From: Candidatus Nomurabacteria bacterium
GTDB lineage: Bacteria; Patescibacteriota; Minisyncoccia; Phycocordibacterales; UBA9973
Assembly: GCA_052035195.1 (NCBI GenBank)
Contig: JBPOHU010000001.1
Coordinates: forward strand, 104,031 to 168,030
Length of the DNA stretch: 64,000 bases
Direction: 5' to 3'
Positions 63,666 to 64,000 of this stretch are shown here, piece by piece. Position 1 is the stretch's first letter; every line of letters starts with the position of its first letter. The notes under the pieces are model-generated. The model saw only the letters and a program-made list of their open reading frames with translations, searched no databases and was not told the origin of the DNA. The position numbers and the translations under genes were made by a program.

Positions 63666-64000
63666 TTATTTCGGTGAGACAATACAAACAAACTCCCCTC
63701 TACATTTATCTTTGTTTTCTGTGTAGTAATCAGCAAGTTCTTTTGCGAAACCAAGAATATACTCTTCAAACATTTTAGTCATTTCTCTAGCCACAAAAAG
63801 TTGCCTATCGCCCAAAATATTACTTAAGTCTGATAGAGTTTTTATTATTCTGTGTGGAGATTCATAAAAAACCACGACATGATCAGTTTCATTTATTTTT
63901 GAAAATAGTGTTTGCCTTCCTTTTTTATGGGGCACAAAACCGACAAATTCATAATGGTCCGATGGAAAGCCTGAGACAGATAATGCCGAAATAACGGCTG
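63666..64000 (-). CDS. rsmI: 16S rRNA (cytidine1402-2'-O)-methyltransferase RsmI, C-terminal part (gene continues past window end)
   Basis: VVFYESPHRIIKTLSDLSNILGDRQLFVAREMTKMFEE...GEFVCIV matches the RsmI C-terminus; the reading frame stays open to position 64000. Confidence 0.6.
   Translation of the reverse strand, partial: AVISALSVSGFPSDHYEFVGFVPHKKGRQTLFSKINETDHVVVFYESPHRIIKTLSDLSNILGDRQLFVAREMTKMFEEYILGFAKELADYYTENKDKCRGEFVCIVSPK

Noticed and set aside
1-64000. CRISPR arrays, transposases, integrases
   Set aside because: No regularly spaced direct repeats with unique spacers were seen. The repeated elements found (M1/M2, the 46454/49071 leaders) are irregular and gene-associated. No ORF showed recombinase or transposase motifs.

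Overview
This 64-kb window is low-GC bacterial chromosome. Compact AlaRS, a sigma70-r4/HARE-HTH protein and many TTGACA-N17-TATAAT-type promoters suggest a small-genome uncultivated lineage (inference only). Most of the window is core housekeeping: valS (partial), tsaD, trxB-ftsZ-ftsA, ybeY, rpsU, a priA-like gene, mreB, a holB-like gene, frr, rseP, mltG, mnmA, alaS, the infA-rpmJ-rpsM-rpsK-rpsD-rpoA-rplQ-rplM-rpsI block, grpE, dnaK, dnaJ, lysS, lexA, rpmA, rplI, ctp and rsmI (partial), plus tRNA-Val(GAC) and tRNA-Glu(UUC). The most unusual region is 3.6-6.5 kb. Next to tRNA-Glu, its 3' end is duplicated as a direct repeat, and three (plus one) single-gene units lie in tandem on the minus strand. 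Each unit has a near-identical promoter/leader and its own intrinsic terminator, and conserved repeat modules sit at every junction. The cargo differs in GC content: a GC-rich TrpF-like TIM barrel, an unknown protein, and a protein with an Rx4H motif. This is a cassette-array-like accretion island with no recombinase in the window. Other notable points are listed below:
- An SOS-box promoter (GAAC-N4-GTTC inside TTGCAT-N17-TATAAT) drives two small paralogous MTT-proteins plus lexA.
- A ~120-nt promoter+leader element is duplicated upstream of two different small membrane proteins.
- An ABC exporter has a long structured 5' UTR with an attenuator-like terminator.
- A GH130/HAD/cupin mannoside-type island lies between dnaK and dnaJ.
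- An orphan ParB-like protein pairs with an unknown partner gene.
- A Fur-family regulator sits beside a perfect 8-5-8 palindrome.
- An AT-rich kinase/hydrolase trio follows lysS.
No CRISPR array, transposase or integrase was seen.
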